This document shows positions 26,236 to 40,415 of a stretch of DNA of 64,000 bases, piece by piece; position 1 is the first letter of the stretch; every line of letters starts with the position of its first letter. This DNA is from Vicugna vicugna (taxonomy: Eukaryota): NCBI GenBank assembly GCA_013265495.1, contig MU057989.1, positions 1,877,513 to 1,941,512 on the forward strand. Reading direction: 5' to 3'. Under the pieces are notes generated by a model. That model did no database searches. It was not told the DNA's origin and saw only the letters and a list, made by a program, of their open reading frames with translations. The position numbers and the translations under genes are program-made.

Positions 26236-27274
26236 AGCCAATAAAAGGCAACTTTTACTGTTACAGTTGTTTGGAGGGTCACAGTTGCTTTAAGCAACTC
26301 CATTGTACTCCTGGATTATGCTGAACAAATACTACCTGATTTTTTAAAATGTAAATTATATTTTAGGAAGATCTTTAAACTGCATGGTTATTTATTTTAT
26401 TTTTCACAAGTAAACCTTTTATTTTGGAGTAACTTTAGATGTATAGAAAAATTGCATAAATATAGGACACGAGTTCATATAACCTCACCTAGTTTGTTTC
26501 CCCTCATGTAATCAGCCTGCATTACCACAGTACCTTTGTCAAAGCTAAGACGCCAACATTGATATGTTACTGTTAACCTCCAGACTTTATTCAGATTCTA
26601 CCAGTTTTTCTATTAGTGGCTTATTTCTGTCCCAGGATCCAATCCAGGACACCACTGTTTGGTTCATTTAAAACCTCAAATGTTGGGAGTTTATATTTAC
26701 ATCTCTTCTATAGCTTATCATTTTGTTGAGAGTATTGAATATGGAACCTGCTATATAGTATGTTAAGTAAAAATGGGGGCTTTTGTCATTTATGCATCTA
26801 ATATTTATATTTGTTTCTGTAGTTTTACTTAAATTATTGGTAAGTACTAAGCAAACCAGGTCCAAAAACAGGGGCCTGTGGTATGGCACTAGAGGACTGT
26901 TACTTGATTTTGATGATCTAGCAAATTCACCTAATAATAGTATAATATATAATATATACAATATAATACTATAATCTGGGCCATATTTCACCATTTAATC
27001 ATAAGGTAATCATTATGAAAATGTTATCATCTGATTGGTAAAAAGGTGAAGTAGGCGGTAACAATTACTTTCCCTTTTCGGGCAGAGAAAAATAGTTTGC
27101 CCTACCACTTAAGGTGGGAGTACGATCTTTACATTCGTGACTTACATTTTCTACTTAACTGATCATGTTTTCCCTAAGAGTTCAGATAGTTTTGGCTTTC
27201 TGTCAAACTTCACATTGAGAACAGATCGAAGCAACACTCGCAGTCTGAGTGTTGCCTTTATTTTTGGTGTTTTT

Positions 27275-27365
27275 GATGGGGGATAAGTAGGTTTAATTAT
27301 TTAATGGCAGTGCTGGGGACTGGACCCAGGACTTCGTGCATGCTGTGCCCTTTCCCCCCACCCCC
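27275..27365 (-). mobile_element. Internally deleted tRNA-derived SINE
   Basis: GTGCTGGGGACTGGACCCAGGACTTCGTGCATGC; TGTTGCCTTTA on both flanks. Confidence 0.75.
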
Positions 27366-30300
27366 CGCCTTGGATGTTGCCTTTAACAGTCTCTTTTGAA
27401 ACATTATGTAAAATGTAGGTTATTATTTGTATAAAGCAGAATAGATTTTAAAATAGACATAGTCACAAGTAGGTAGTTTTGTTTATTCTAGTGAAAGTGA
27501 CTGGCAGCAGAAGCCAACAGAAGCCAGGGCGGTATGATGCTGCAAGGGCAGTTTCCAGAGGTTAAACAACAGATGAGTAAAAAGATCAAAAGAAAAATAC
27601 TCCACTTGCTTAAATTTTCAGTAAAATCGTGCAATTGAGGGGACGCTGTAGTTGGTGTGGCGCTAAGCTGTAAGACTGCCACGTGAGCACTGAGTTACAG
27701 GCCCCCCGCCCCAGCTGAGCCTGCTGGTGAGGGCGTCTGCAGCGCTGCTGGGGCCTGGGTCGGACCCCTGTAGGCAGAAGGGGACAGCTGTGTCCTTGCA
27801 GTGGAGGAAGGGCCTGGCCAGGCTTGGCCTGCAGCCCTTGCTTTGGCTGTAGTCAGGCCTTCCTGACCGACCCTGTGAACTTGACAGTGTAGCCTCCTAC
27901 AGGATTCTGCATAGAAACTGGCAACTCAGTAAACGCCTAATGAGAAAGGAGGTGGTTTTTATTCAGTTGTGGTTGGGTCTAGAAAACATTTTCTCATATG
28001 AAGTCTGGATATTGAGGTTAGGGAATGCGTCTCTTGAAACTCAATTTCTCATATTTAATGTAATTGCTTGCGGGTGTTATTCTTCAAAGCTCTGACACCT
28101 GTCTCTGGTTTGCTAAAGTGCCCCACCTTGAGGTGGTTCTGTGTGGAACTGGAAATACAGAAAAATCAGTAAGTTTCTGTTCATGGTTTGAAACGCTGCC
28201 TGCCTGCACACAGCACAGAGTCTGGTCTTGTATTAAATACAGTGAAGTCTAGAAATGTTTCCTTCTAAACATAGGCAGTGTGTTTTTTATGTATCTATGA
28301 TGTTTTAAATTTAGATCGTCCCTGTGTTAAAAGGGTGTAGACCAACTCTAATAAAAGAGAATTCAGAGAGCAACCGACATAAGTAGAGCCTAAAAATGAA
28401 TTAATTACAAGAACTGGATTTAAAAAATTTGTTTAGCCTAGTAGACACTTGAAAAGGATTACTGTCTTCAAGTATATGAAGAGGATTTTAAGTCTGCAGG
28501 AGATGCTGTTCAAAGTGAAATTCACACTCTAGGTCCCCCTCCAGCCTCCGAACTCTGGGATAACACTTAAAATTAGACTGAGTGCTATAAGGGTTTTTTA
28601 TTAAGCTGAGCAACTCCATAATGCTTAGCATGAGATGGGCTCCAAAGAGTGGGAGTAGGAACTGAAGGCGAAGTCAAAAGAAACAGACTTCTGTCCTACA
28701 TTGTTTAGTGGGATGGAGGAGCTTTTCATCCAGTGGAGGACCTCTGGTCCTTGGGAGGAAAAGACCCGCTGACAGTGACAGAAAGGTGTGGTGAGGTCAG
28801 AATGCCTGAGCACCACTGCACAACAGCAACTTGGAATTACATTTTAATCCCGTCACTTGGCCAGGCACAGCACAGGAAGAGCAGTAAGACTTAAAAAAAC
28901 AAAGAAACATCATAACTACATATAGCAGGAATCAGAAAGTTTCTGTGAGCTTGTGCAAGTCGCTTAACCCCTCTACATATCTGTAAAAATGACAGTATGT
29001 GTAACTTGCTTATCTACCCTATGAAGTGGTTGTGAAAATCAAAATCATTCACAAAGGAAAAACAGACTTGTTTTTAAAACCTTTCTAGAAGAATATACTT
29101 TGAGAATACACAGATGTGAAATATTCCTAATGGACTGATCGGTCTTTTCCAAACTTTTTTTGGGTAGAATCGACAGTACGAAATATATTTCCTGTGCACA
29201 ACACAGTACAAATACGTTGTATTTCATTGCATCTAAGAGGTTTTAAATTGCAAGTCACAAATGCTGCATTACAAGATACTATTGATTATAGGACATACAC
29301 CAATTTAGAGATGATAGAAACAATGTGCATCTTAAAATTGATGAAATATAATTTGTATATCAATTACTGAAAGTTTCAGAGAATAGTACTTATTCTCACC
29401 ACCTATGAAAAAAACAAATTAATTTCATGACCCGATAATGAATTTTGCAGCCAGCAGTTTGAAAAATGTTGCTCTAGGTCAGTGACAGTCAAAAGTGAGG
29501 TTCTAGATCAAAATAATTGCATTCTTTCTCCAAGGCAGAAAAGCACAGGATCTCAACCTATGTCCAGGCAGGCATTCAAGGAGGCCCGAGGCTGACACTT
29601 GAAAAAATTTGACCTTGCCCACCTCTCGATGGAAGGCAGGGTGGCTTTCTTTTAAGCTTGAATGTCTGGAACACAACACGAGCTTCTTTTCTGCACAATT
29701 GAACTTCTCCAGCTCTTCAGTCAACAGTACAAATTACTGTGTTCGGGTCCCTGAGCCAGCAGACACTGTAAAATTAACTACAATCTAGTGTCTGCCAGAA
29801 GCCGCTGAGACAACGGACATGCGCACAGGCGACTCACTCTCACCCTGGCACCAGGACAACCTGCGGGTTTGTAAGACATCCGTGCCCAGGCCTGCCCAGG
29901 CCACCTGAATCAGAGCTGCGGGGGGTCAGGCCTGGCCACCTACTTTTACAAGCACTACTGGGAATTCTGTTGTCCAACCGGGCTGACGAATCATTGCTCA
30001 AGGGCTTGCCATTTAATCATACACACTTCAGTTTTTTGTATATAACATCTTTATTGATGTATAAGTCAGATACTATACAATTCCCCCTTTTAAAGTATAC
30101 AAGTCAATGGTCTTCAGTATTTTCTCAAAGTTCACGTAATCTCATTTCAGAGCATTTTCATCACCTTAAGATCGGTGTCCTTTTTAAGGGCTGAGACGCC
30201 CCCCAGAGGACAGTGCGCTGGGTCAGTCTGCACACAGGCCTCGGGTCTAGGCCGAACGCTGTGGGGCTGCTAATACCAAGGTTGGTTTAAACTAATGAAG

Positions 30301-30659
30301 ATGTTTGCTTCTGAGGCTGTGGAAGGGAGAAGAAAGCCACAGGCCTCTGGCCAGGAAGGGGGCAGTCACTTTTATCTTCTATAAAATCACCAATGAAAAG
30401 CATTTTTTCATGTAGTAAACGTCTAGATTTTAGTAACAGGACAAAGTTTCCTCCTGGTCCCCTTGAACAGATAGAAAGAACTGGAATTTACTGTTTAAAT
30501 GTAATTTGCCTTTTTGTCAACTAATCCTTCATTTTGAACTGCTCTGTATCCTTTAAAATGTTGCAATTATATTTTTAGAAATAAGCAGGGGATAAATGAT
30601 CAGTAAATAAACAAGTTTTGGAGTCTGAGATACACATACAAATAATTCATTTGGCTTTT

Positions 30660-31570
30660 TAAAAAATTTGTGGTAAAATACAATAAAAAATTTAACATCT
30701 TGACCATTAAGTACTTTCATTGTTGTGCAGCCGTCATCACTGTCTTCCTCTCGTCATCTCACAAAACTGAAACTCTAGCCGTTAAACAGTAACTCCCCAA
30801 CTTTCTACCTTCTCCTTTGTCCCCACAAATCTAAGTATTTTGTGTATGTGGAATCATAACAATATTTGTCTGAGACCAGCTTATTTCACTTAGCATAATG
30901 TCCTCAAAGTTCATCCAGGTTGTAGCAAGGGTCAGAATTCCCTTCCTTTGAAAAACTGAAAAATATCCCCTTGCATTTATATACATTGTGCTTGTCCATC
31001 ACCTGTCCATGGACACTTGGCTGCTTCTGCCTTTGGGTGCTGTGAATAACGCTGTTGTGAACAAGCTTGAACAGGTCTTCAAGTCCCCGTCTTCAATTCT
31101 TTGGGGTGTACACCCAGGTGTGGAACTGTTGGACCACCTGGTAACCCGACTTCTAACTCAGGGTGGGGGGGAACTGCCATCCTGTTTTCCATAGTAGTTG
31201 CACCACTTTACCTTTCTGCCAACAGACCTGAGTGCTCTGATCTGGCCACAGCCTTCCCAAAATTTGTTATTTTCTGCTGATTGGACAAGTCTTCCTAATC
31301 CTAACGGTGTGAGGCGGTTAGCTCGCTGCTTCAATTTACATTTTCCTGGTGACTAGTGATGCTGAGCACCCCTTCATGTGGTTACTGGCCACCAGTGTAT
31401 CTTCTCTGGAGCGATGTCTGTTCAAGTCCTTCGCCCATTTGCGTATTTTTGTCTTTGTTGCTGTTAGTTGTATAAGTCTTCTGTATTTTGGATGTTAACC
31501 CCTTACAGACACACAATTTGCAAATATTTTGTCACTCCATTGGGTGCCTTTTCACAGTTGACTGTGTCTT
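30660..31570 (-). mobile_element. Old L1 fragment
   Basis: CTTATTTCACTTAGCATAATGTCCTCAAAGTTCATCC..TCTGGAGCGATGTCTGTTCAAGTCCTTCGCCCATTT. Confidence 0.85.
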
Positions 31571-31795
31571 TAATCTGGCCCCTAAATCAGGCAATACTAA
31601 AAAGCTGCTTAATAAATTGAATACCAAAAAATAAGCTTTAATATCGTAGTAGGCGCAGTGAAAAGCAGGGACAGTGCAGACAGACAGACAGGAGATGAGG
31701 CTGAAGAGAACGTGAAGACAGTGAGGGAGACGAAGAGGCCGACACTGAAGGATGTCCTTCTGAGGATCTGTGTCGTCCATGTTTTTATCCCTTTC

Positions 31796-31915
31796 GGCGG
31801 AGATATAGCTCAAGTGGCAGAACACGGGCTTGGTGTGCACAAGGTTTTGGGTTCAGTCCCCAGTATCTTCCCTAAGAATAAATAAACCTAATTACCTCCC
31901 CCTACCAAAAAAAAA
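31796..31915 (+). mobile_element. tRNA-derived SINE
   Basis: Same family; TTATCCCTTTC on both flanks. Confidence 0.88.
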
Positions 31916-34190
31916 TTATCCCTTTCAAGTATTCAGTTTTAGTTTGGCCATTTCTTGCCTTTACCAATATTCATTTAAAAAGCACGTCCTATTCAGGACA
32001 TGCCTACGAGTCTCTGCTGGTGGCTTTCCCAGTACTTCTGGCTACTTCTGGGCCAGGCGTCCTTGTAGGAGTTGAAAATTCTGAAGGGAAAAAGCCACGG
32101 TTATTTCAGTCTAGGCTGAAACCCACAAATGACAGCACATTTTAAAGCAATCAGGAATAAATTCAGACTCCTGGCTGCAAGGTCACTTCCTAATTCAACT
32201 CAGCATAGGCCCCATCTTCACACCCCACCCGACCCCCGCCGTGATCTCACAAATGCTGAGTGTTTCTCAGCCGTTTCCTCTTTTTTATTTTGTTCCTGTT
32301 GAAATGACTTCAGTGAGTACCCAGCATATCTAGCTAGCAAGTAGTGTGGCCTGTGGTGGGTGGAGGAAATCATGAGGCCGACTTCTGTTGGAAGCTGGCT
32401 GCTGGCATTGTTGGGGGTTTCTGTGAAGTACCTGGGCTAAGCAAGGTCACATTTTTAGCTGGTTCTTCCCAGGGCATCGTAGTCTGGGGTGCTTTTGGCT
32501 AGCAGCACCAGAGTAGGCTGTTTTGATACTATGTAGAAGTTAACATGGTTTAAACTGTGGATTTAAAGAGGTTTCACATCCTAAACCAAGTGGCAGAACC
32601 TGAAACAAATGTTTCCTATCAAATATTTTTCAGTGAGACAGTTACTACTCTAATGGAATTACATTGTAAACCTTTAATTTCTTTGTATGTGTAGTGTCAC
32701 TATGTCCAAATTACAGCTGTCAAGAACCTTCTGAAGCGTTTAGGAATTTTGTTTCCTCAAGGTAAGTTTTTGTTATATCCCATTCAGTAAGCTCCCACTC
32801 ACTGCTTTTACTCCTATATTTAGCCAGGAAAAAAAAAAAAAGTTAAAAAACAGTGGTTTCCCTCCTAGTGCCAAACAGGTAGCACAAAATACCTTGTTTT
32901 TAAAAATACAATGTAGAATTATACTGGATATGCCCCTGAAGTAAGAATTCTGCCTAAGAATAAAAAGAAAAGTTACCACTTTTTGAAATTACTAGATGAA
33001 GTATCAAAAAGAATTCATCATTGCCAAGTGACCCAGCACTGTAAGTACTTTTAACTTGCTGCTGGTCTTGACTGCTTTATGGAAAGACAAAATGACAAAA
33101 ATCATATGAAACAAATCTGTGGAAACTGAGCTACATCCGAGTGGCCACATATGATTAAAACAAAAGGCTGTCTGGCTCTCTCACACCCATAGATTAACAC
33201 AGATCTGTAACCGAAGTCCCTTCTGAGCCCTGGGACTGTCTTCAGTCCCTGCCTGTCTTGAGGTTGAGGCTGACAGGGGAGCTTCTCTCTGGGCTGAAAT
33301 GAGAGACCTGAGCTGGCATTTCTGGGGAGAGGTAGGGCCCTCTTGCCCCAGCTGGTCTCCTCACCTCACCCTCGGGAGCACACATCACAGGATGGCAGAG
33401 GAAGGGGGAGCCAGCACCATTCTGTCCATTTTTCTGTCCATTCTGACATTAAAACGGGAACATGAGTCACCAATTACTACAGATTTGTCTTCAGTGTTAA
33501 GAAACTGGTCCTGATGGTTTCCTAAGAAAATACCGTATGATATAAAATAACCACACTTACTCTCCCTTAACTAGGTTACCAAACAGGTTTCCGCACTGCG
33601 GAAGACAGGAAACTATACAGATTTCCAATCTTTCCATTTTACAGGGTTTTCGTTAATGTTCAAAGACAGTTACTGGTGAGGATTTCCTGCAGAAATGCAG
33701 AAACCTTGTAAGTCACCTCTCACCCTCCCCGCTACATCCCATCCTGGAAATTAGCTAAATGATTCTGGGCGGTTTTGCATAGTTTCAAAATTTCAGCCCT
33801 CAGAATGTGAGGGACTTGAAACTGCCCCTAAGCGAACGGTACTTCACAGCAAGCTGGCGGGCGAGGCTGGCCGCGGCGCGACCAGCGCCCCCACGGGCGG
33901 CGGCCCCGCCTTCCCGCTCCGCTTGGGCTCGCGCTCCGCCGGGAGGCCCCGCGCACGGGAACAGCAGCGGGCCCGCGGCGTTAGAGCGCGGGAGGGAAGG
34001 AGTACAAATGAAGAGTTTGTAACTACTTTTTCAGATACACAGAAAGGCACAATTGTAATCTCTCTCTTCATAAATTAGTGACAGACCCATAATAACCCAA
34101 TAAGGTTATCTGAACAAGTGCTAAACATAAACACTTCTTATCGACCGTCTATATCCCTGTCTTGATTAAAAGTCTTCCGTGAACAGGAAG

Positions 34191-34352
34191 CTACAACTGC
34201 CTCTCCTGCAGTCTGTCTGCAGCACAGAGACGCTGCTCGGGGTTGGGCAGCCTGTGCTTGGCTGCCTGTCTCCGCTGGGCGGTCTTCACAAATCTGAGCA
34301 GATTGGTGACGGCAGCGGGTGTCACTCCAGGGATACGACTGGCAGCCCCAAT
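34191..34352 (-). CDS. MTO1: MTO1, coding part of exon 12
   Basis: ag|[23 protein letters not shown]...LQERQL-TAG. Confidence 0.95.
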   Translation of the reverse strand: MGAASRIPGVTPAAVTNLLRFVKTAQRRQAAKHRLPNPEQRLCAADRLQERQL

Positions 34353-34904
34353 CTGGGAATAAACCACAAGAGAAACACCCATGAGCTATGTCGGGTACAA
34401 GCAGACCAGCTTTCCCCCTGAGAACAATCTCTGTGTTACAGTGTACAGAACATTTTCAGAACTATGATCTTAATGTATCTTCAAAATAACTCCAAAAAGT
34501 CGATAAAGGAAATGTTGTTAGTATCTTCATTTTACAAACAGGCTCAGAGACGTTAAGAAGACTTGTCCAAGATCATGTAACTAGCAGATTGAGTACCTAC
34601 TTCTTCTTTTCATTTGGCTGATATAACATCACTAGCAGTGTGCCGGGCAGTGCCCTATAGTTTAATTACTATTTCTGTGGTATATTTTACAGTGAGATGC
34701 ATGAACATCCACGCTAAGTGGTAGGAAGGCTAACGGCCTCATAGCAGTTCGGGTCTGTTTTGCCACCAAATGAGTCTGCAGCAAATGTCTGTCAGAGCTT
34801 TTCGTACTTTGGAATTTTGGATACAAGGTGAACTCCAATGCCCAGTGCTGTCCAGCTGAACTTTCTGAGATGAAGGGGACTTTCTGCAACATCCTCACTG
34901 TAAC

Positions 34905-35050
34905 AATGTACCGTTCACTGTGGGAGCCAGGAGCCTCCTGTGGCTACGGAGCACCTGAAATGTGGCCAGTATGAGTGAAGAGCTACCTCAGGTTTTATTT
35001 ACTGCAAACAGTCATATTTGGCTAATGTCTCTCACACTGGGCAGTGCAGC
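34905..35050. mobile_element. MER3-like DNA transposon remnant
   Basis: GTGGCTAC.GAGCACCTGAAATGTGGCCAGT. Confidence 0.55.
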
Positions 35051-35863
35051 CCGTGACTGTCCACAAAAACACAACCCAGAATGAACAGGGATGCACAGCC
35101 ATAAAACCAAGGGCTTCTCTGCCTGCTTCCCATGGCGGCTGTTACTAAGAATTGATGAAATCACTCCTCCCTTTAAAAAAAAAAAATTCTGCAGATTAAA
35201 TTTTTGGTAAATACCCCTTCATAAACGACGACAAAAAAAAAAAATCCAAACTAAAACCAAAAGCCCCCAAAACAAAATCCACTGCCCATTAAACTGTGAC
35301 ACACCATCAATTTTTAAGATAACTCAGAGATGTAAAAATGTGTCTCAGAATCAATAAATACAGCCTACCAGTCTTCAAATATTTGTTAGTACAAGTCCAA
35401 GACTATATACTATAGAGTTTTTAACAGACATTTGCAGCTGGGCGCTCACAGGCCGGAGCAGGGGTGGGGGCTCTCTGGCCGCCTCTTCTTCCTGGCAGCT
35501 CCCAAGGCAACACTACGAAACCCCAGGTAGGGGCCTGCGAGCATCTGAAAACCACTGACACGTGTTCCATTTTAACCTAAAGTCGTTTCCTTTCGGTTGT
35601 GCACATAAACGAGTTTGCCGGATGGTTAAGCACACGGTTGGGACCAGAGAATCATTATAACTAACCCAATTCCTGACTCCCAGTTACTTCTTTTAGCCTA
35701 AGCTTCTCCACCTCTCATAAAAACATACCAACATCTGTCATAGAAAAAGAACGTGGACATGAGAGGTTAAGCTTTTATGAGGAAATACAATATGAGTAAT
35801 GTGGCCACTGTAAACCCAGGTTTTAAAAACGAAAGCCCTGGCCCCGTGCGGCTGGCTTCTCAC

Positions 35864-36024
35864 CGTGCGAGGGCGGCTGAGGTGCAGCTTCTCCCGGACT
35901 TCGCAGGACAGTGACACGTCCTTGAGACGCAGGTAGTCCAGGTCCTCGGGCAGCTCCAGAGCTTCGTCTCGCTGGACTTCCTTTATTTCTTGTTGCTGAT
36001 GGAGCAGTGCTGATTCATAGGTGG
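35864..36024 (-). CDS. MTO1: MTO1 exon 11
   Basis: ag|(A)[53 protein letters not shown]|gtgag. Confidence 0.94.
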
Positions 36025-38354
36025 CTGACGAACAAAAGCAGCATATTCGGGTTATACGAACTGCTTGCTTTCTGCAGCTGTCTGTGACTTACAGAGCCTC
36101 TGCACACAGGCTCTCGTGCAACACTCAGCTCAGCACCCCGAGACGGGGGCAGCTGCCCCTGTCGCAGATAAGGCCCCTGAGGCTAAAATAAAGAGAGGGA
36201 GGGTCCTGCTTGTTAACTACAGCGTTCTGCCTGGCAGTTTACTGCCTGGCCTTTTCATTTCAAAAATCTGGAAAACTGAAAGTAAAAAAAGAAATTGCTT
36301 TCCTCCTCTGTGCAAATTTTGGTGAACATTTCCCTCAGTGGACTGTGGGTCTGAGTTTTAAGTCCTAAAGATATATCTAAGAAAATGGTTTTCTGCCTTA
36401 TGTTCAGATCAAACTATAGTTTTAAAAAGTAAACCTTCTTAGATGATAAGATAAATAACTAAGATTTTATTTCGAAGTGAAGTTAGAAAGATAATTCAGC
36501 AATTATTTTGTAATTAAATGTTTCTGTTCTTAGAAAAATAAGCTCAAAACCCGTTTTAAGAACTAAACTGAGGTGGTCACTGTCATGTTTAAGAACCAAG
36601 TTTCCCCAGGGGTCCTGGCTGCTTCAGCTTCCATCACTGGACTGGCAGCCGGGAAATCCCAGCCCTGAGCCTCGCTGCACCAGGGGATCACCCTCTGCTA
36701 CATCATGACCCTCTGGCCTCAGCCGCTTTGTCTACAAGTCAAGTCAAATCAAAACAACTGATGCTGCATTCCATCAGCTGAGCCGATGACCTACGATGGT
36801 CTTTAGGGCAACAAAGGCCTTGCAGTCAGACGTGCGAGGTTCCAGTCCCAGTTCAGCCACTCGGTTGTGTGACCTTGGGCAACCTATCACTTTTCTGGAC
36901 AATTAAGACATAATGCTAATTAAGACTCGTCCTTCACAGGCTTCTAAGTATCAAGCGAAATCATGCATGTAACAGCTTAATACAACACAGAACAAATTAG
37001 GACAACAAGTTGTAATGAAACTCCATGATGCATGAATAGACTCTTTATGGTTCCCAGAACATAAATGAGGTGGTGATGTGTATGTTAAAGGTACATTTAA
37101 TCTTCTAAATATGCACGCAGCAAAAGAGAGACAACACAGAGAAGAACCTGAAGTTGATGTCTACCCTCTAGAGACTAGTCCAGTGACCTGAAACCCACTG
37201 ATGCGTGCTATTTCACCATGGCCAGCTTCTTTCAAGCATGGGTGTAAGTTAGAGCCTTTGCATTCTACACGCCAGAGTCTTTAAAGAGCGCGGCAACACG
37301 ATAGCTACCCCATGGCTGGAATCAGGGTTTCCCGTGAGAAAGTCACAGATAATTATTCTGGATGATTTGCTGGACAAAGTAAAACTGCAAACCAAGTTTT
37401 AAAACAGAGAAGTTAACCGTCTTTCCGCAGATGCTAACAGCCTAAACATTCAATAAAGTAAACTTTACTTAATAGAAAGATCACATGTTGAAATAAAAGG
37501 TCAACATTACGTTTCCTACATGAGTGAACTACCAGCATCTGGTCAGTTGTGAGGATGACAGGTCATCCCCTTGGGTCAGCCCACAGCGCAGCAGGTGACA
37601 GACGTCTGTGGGACTGAAAGGAAATGCCGGCCCCAGGAGGAATGCTGGTCTCCCAGGAGCTCCAGGTCCTCTCCTGTTCAACAGTCCTTCATCCCCTGCT
37701 TCTCCTGCTCTCCCCCATCTATTCTGGTCCCTGCCTCTTTTTCCACACAATTTTCCACTCAAGGGGAAAAAAAATCTATCAAAATGCAGAAGCTGATATT
37801 CTCAGTAATGTCTGAAATTTTTTTGTAAAGAAAAACTTGAAAAAAAAACCAAAAAACTACACCTACAAAAGTCATAGGTGGCCTTCTGGCCAGTACACTG
37901 ACCACAAGTGTGAGAGCTCAGCGTGTGTTATCACATATAGGGGAGACTCTGGGTGTCTTTGCCTGATACTAAATATGTATTTCTTAGTGGGAGAGAATTC
38001 CACTGTCAAAGCCAAAGACAGTAGTGTTTTTCTCATTATTAGAACATTAAATAGGGAAAATGTAAAAAAAAAAAAAATCAAAAGAAAATTGAGCTCAACA
38101 GTACTGAGCGAGCTCTACAGTAGCACTTTCCCAGACTTGAAACACACACTCAGATCACCTGGGGGTCTTGCTGAAATGTAGGTGCTCCCTCAGTGGGTCT
38201 GGGGTGGGGCCTGAGATCCCGCATTCCCAACAAGCTCTGGGCAGCTCCCCCTGTTCCCCAGGACCCCACCCCCCATGACCGTGACCGCACCAGCCCTATC
38301 TAACCCACTCGTGCTGCGCACAAACGGAAAGGGGAACAGAAGGGCACCCTCTAC

Positions 38355-38473
38355 CTTCTATTTTCAGCCTCTCGGCCAGCTCTCTGCACTCTGCGTACTT
38401 CTGCAAAGGCGCCGGGGCGACCGCGGCCAGCAGCTCCATGTGGACTTCCTCATACTTCAGGATGTCGAGAGCG
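38355..38473 (-). CDS. MTO1: MTO1 exon 10
   Basis: ag|[16 protein letters not shown]...[10 protein letters not shown]|gt. Confidence 0.94.
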
Positions 38474-39823
38474 CTGCAGACACACGAACCTCTCGTTAGT
38501 ACGGGGTCCAGGCGCATCAGGCAGACTGACAACAAGGTTCCTTGGAAATAGCACCAAATCTCAGGACAAGTAGTATCAAAACTCCTAATTCTTTCCAAGT
38601 CCAGCGGGTGAAGGCAGCAGCACGCCCAGAAGCAGAGCCTGTGACCCTCCCCCGCTCCCCTCCTCGGGAAGGATGAGCGGTTGGGAAAGGTGGCAGTGCA
38701 GTGATCCATTCGCCCTGGCTTGTGAGGACAGACAGCCTCTGAATTCCCATCTTGGTCGTGTTAAGCCCACGTCCCGCGCTCGCTAGGGACCAGCGGAAGG
38801 AGAGCCCCTGCCTTTTGCTCTGACTGCAAGGCACTCTGCAGCGTCCCTCTCACTCTGCCTGGGTCCCACAAGGCCTCCCCGATCTGTACGGTCTCCCTAC
38901 ATTTACTGCCTGTATTACTTTTATTTTTATCTACTTTGATCTTTCCCCCTTTAAAAAACTATGTCCACCTAAAACCAAGTACACCAATTAATTATCAAGT
39001 TAGCAGAAGACAGCACTGCCCCTTCGGAGGTCTCGAGTCTCCCCAGGCCTCTGCAGACGCTGGCTCAGCGGCTGCTCACCCAGCCCGGGACTGGCTGGAA
39101 GCGCTCCCCCGACAAGGCACTGGTCAGCTCTGCTCCAGGACATGAATTAGGTCACCTGCCTTCAGAGGCCTCATTGGATAAGCTATGGCGAAACCAAATA
39201 ACCCTAAACGCCAAGAGGAACGGGGCTGCCCTTTCAGAAATTACAGAACATATTGGAATACACCTTCTAATGACTAACCCAAAAAAGAGCTACCTTGCAG
39301 TATGAATGATATAATAAGGTTCTTAGGAACATATCTCTGAAGCAAAAAAGCTCTGTATTAATGTCCTTTAGACTCAGAATCCATATAAGCAGAATGATAA
39401 AAACAAGGACAAAAAGAACCCCAAAATGTAGCTAGGGACTTCTCAAGAAAGTCCAAAGGATTTATAATACTCTGCCTAATCAGAGTGTCTCTGCTATAAC
39501 TCACAGGCAAGACAGGACCAGTGCAATTGCTCCAGGCCTAAAAGAGAAAGCAGGTAACTAAGTTTCTTGGTTTCTACCCACTAAATCTCAGGAAAGCCGG
39601 AAGAACTCAGTGGGAGCCAGGAAGGAAATTAACTAAAAAGTAAAAATAATAATTTAGAATCACACATATTTTTAATAGTGAGTAGAGATAAGTTACATCT
39701 AAAGGAGTCTGAAAAGAAGCCAAAAGTAATAGCTGCATCAATCAAAATGTGTAGGCAATGTCTCTCTGAAATTCTTTCATTTTTCTGTAAAAAGTGAGAA
39801 AGGCCTATGTTAAAAATGCTTAC

Positions 39824-39995
39824 CTGAGAGGTACACCTTTATCAATACTTATAGAAGCCTCTGGGATTAAGTTTTTCCATTTAGAACTTGACAACTGAAT
39901 GGATTTTAGCACAGAAATGCCTTCTTCCAAGGAAGCCTTCATCTGAGAAGCTCTTTCGAAGCGTTGCTGGGACACACAGCCAGCTTCCTCATACC
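39824..39995 (-). CDS. MTO1: MTO1 exon 9
   Basis: ag|(G)[56 protein letters not shown]|gtaag. Confidence 0.93.
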
Positions 39996-40037
39996 CTGGA
40001 AGGGGGATGGAAGGCTGTCAAAGAGGAGGAAGCCTTG

Positions 40038-40170
40038 TGGGGGAGGGTATAGCTTAGTGGTAGAGCATGTGCTGAACATGCATGAGGTCCTAGGTTCAAT
40101 CCTCATTAAAAATAAAGAAATAAACCTAATTACCACCGCCCCGCAGAAAAAAACCTAAAAACCCGCAAAG
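40038..40170 (+). mobile_element. tRNA-derived SINE in MTO1 intron 8, about 40 nt from the exon 9 acceptor
   Basis: Same family. Confidence 0.9.
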
Positions 40171-40175
40171 AATTA

Positions 40176-40415
<240 letters not shown>

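Noticed and set aside
32600..34190. MTO1 polyadenylation signal
   Set aside because: I found no convincing minus-strand AATAAA near the stop codon, so the 3' end is left unassigned.
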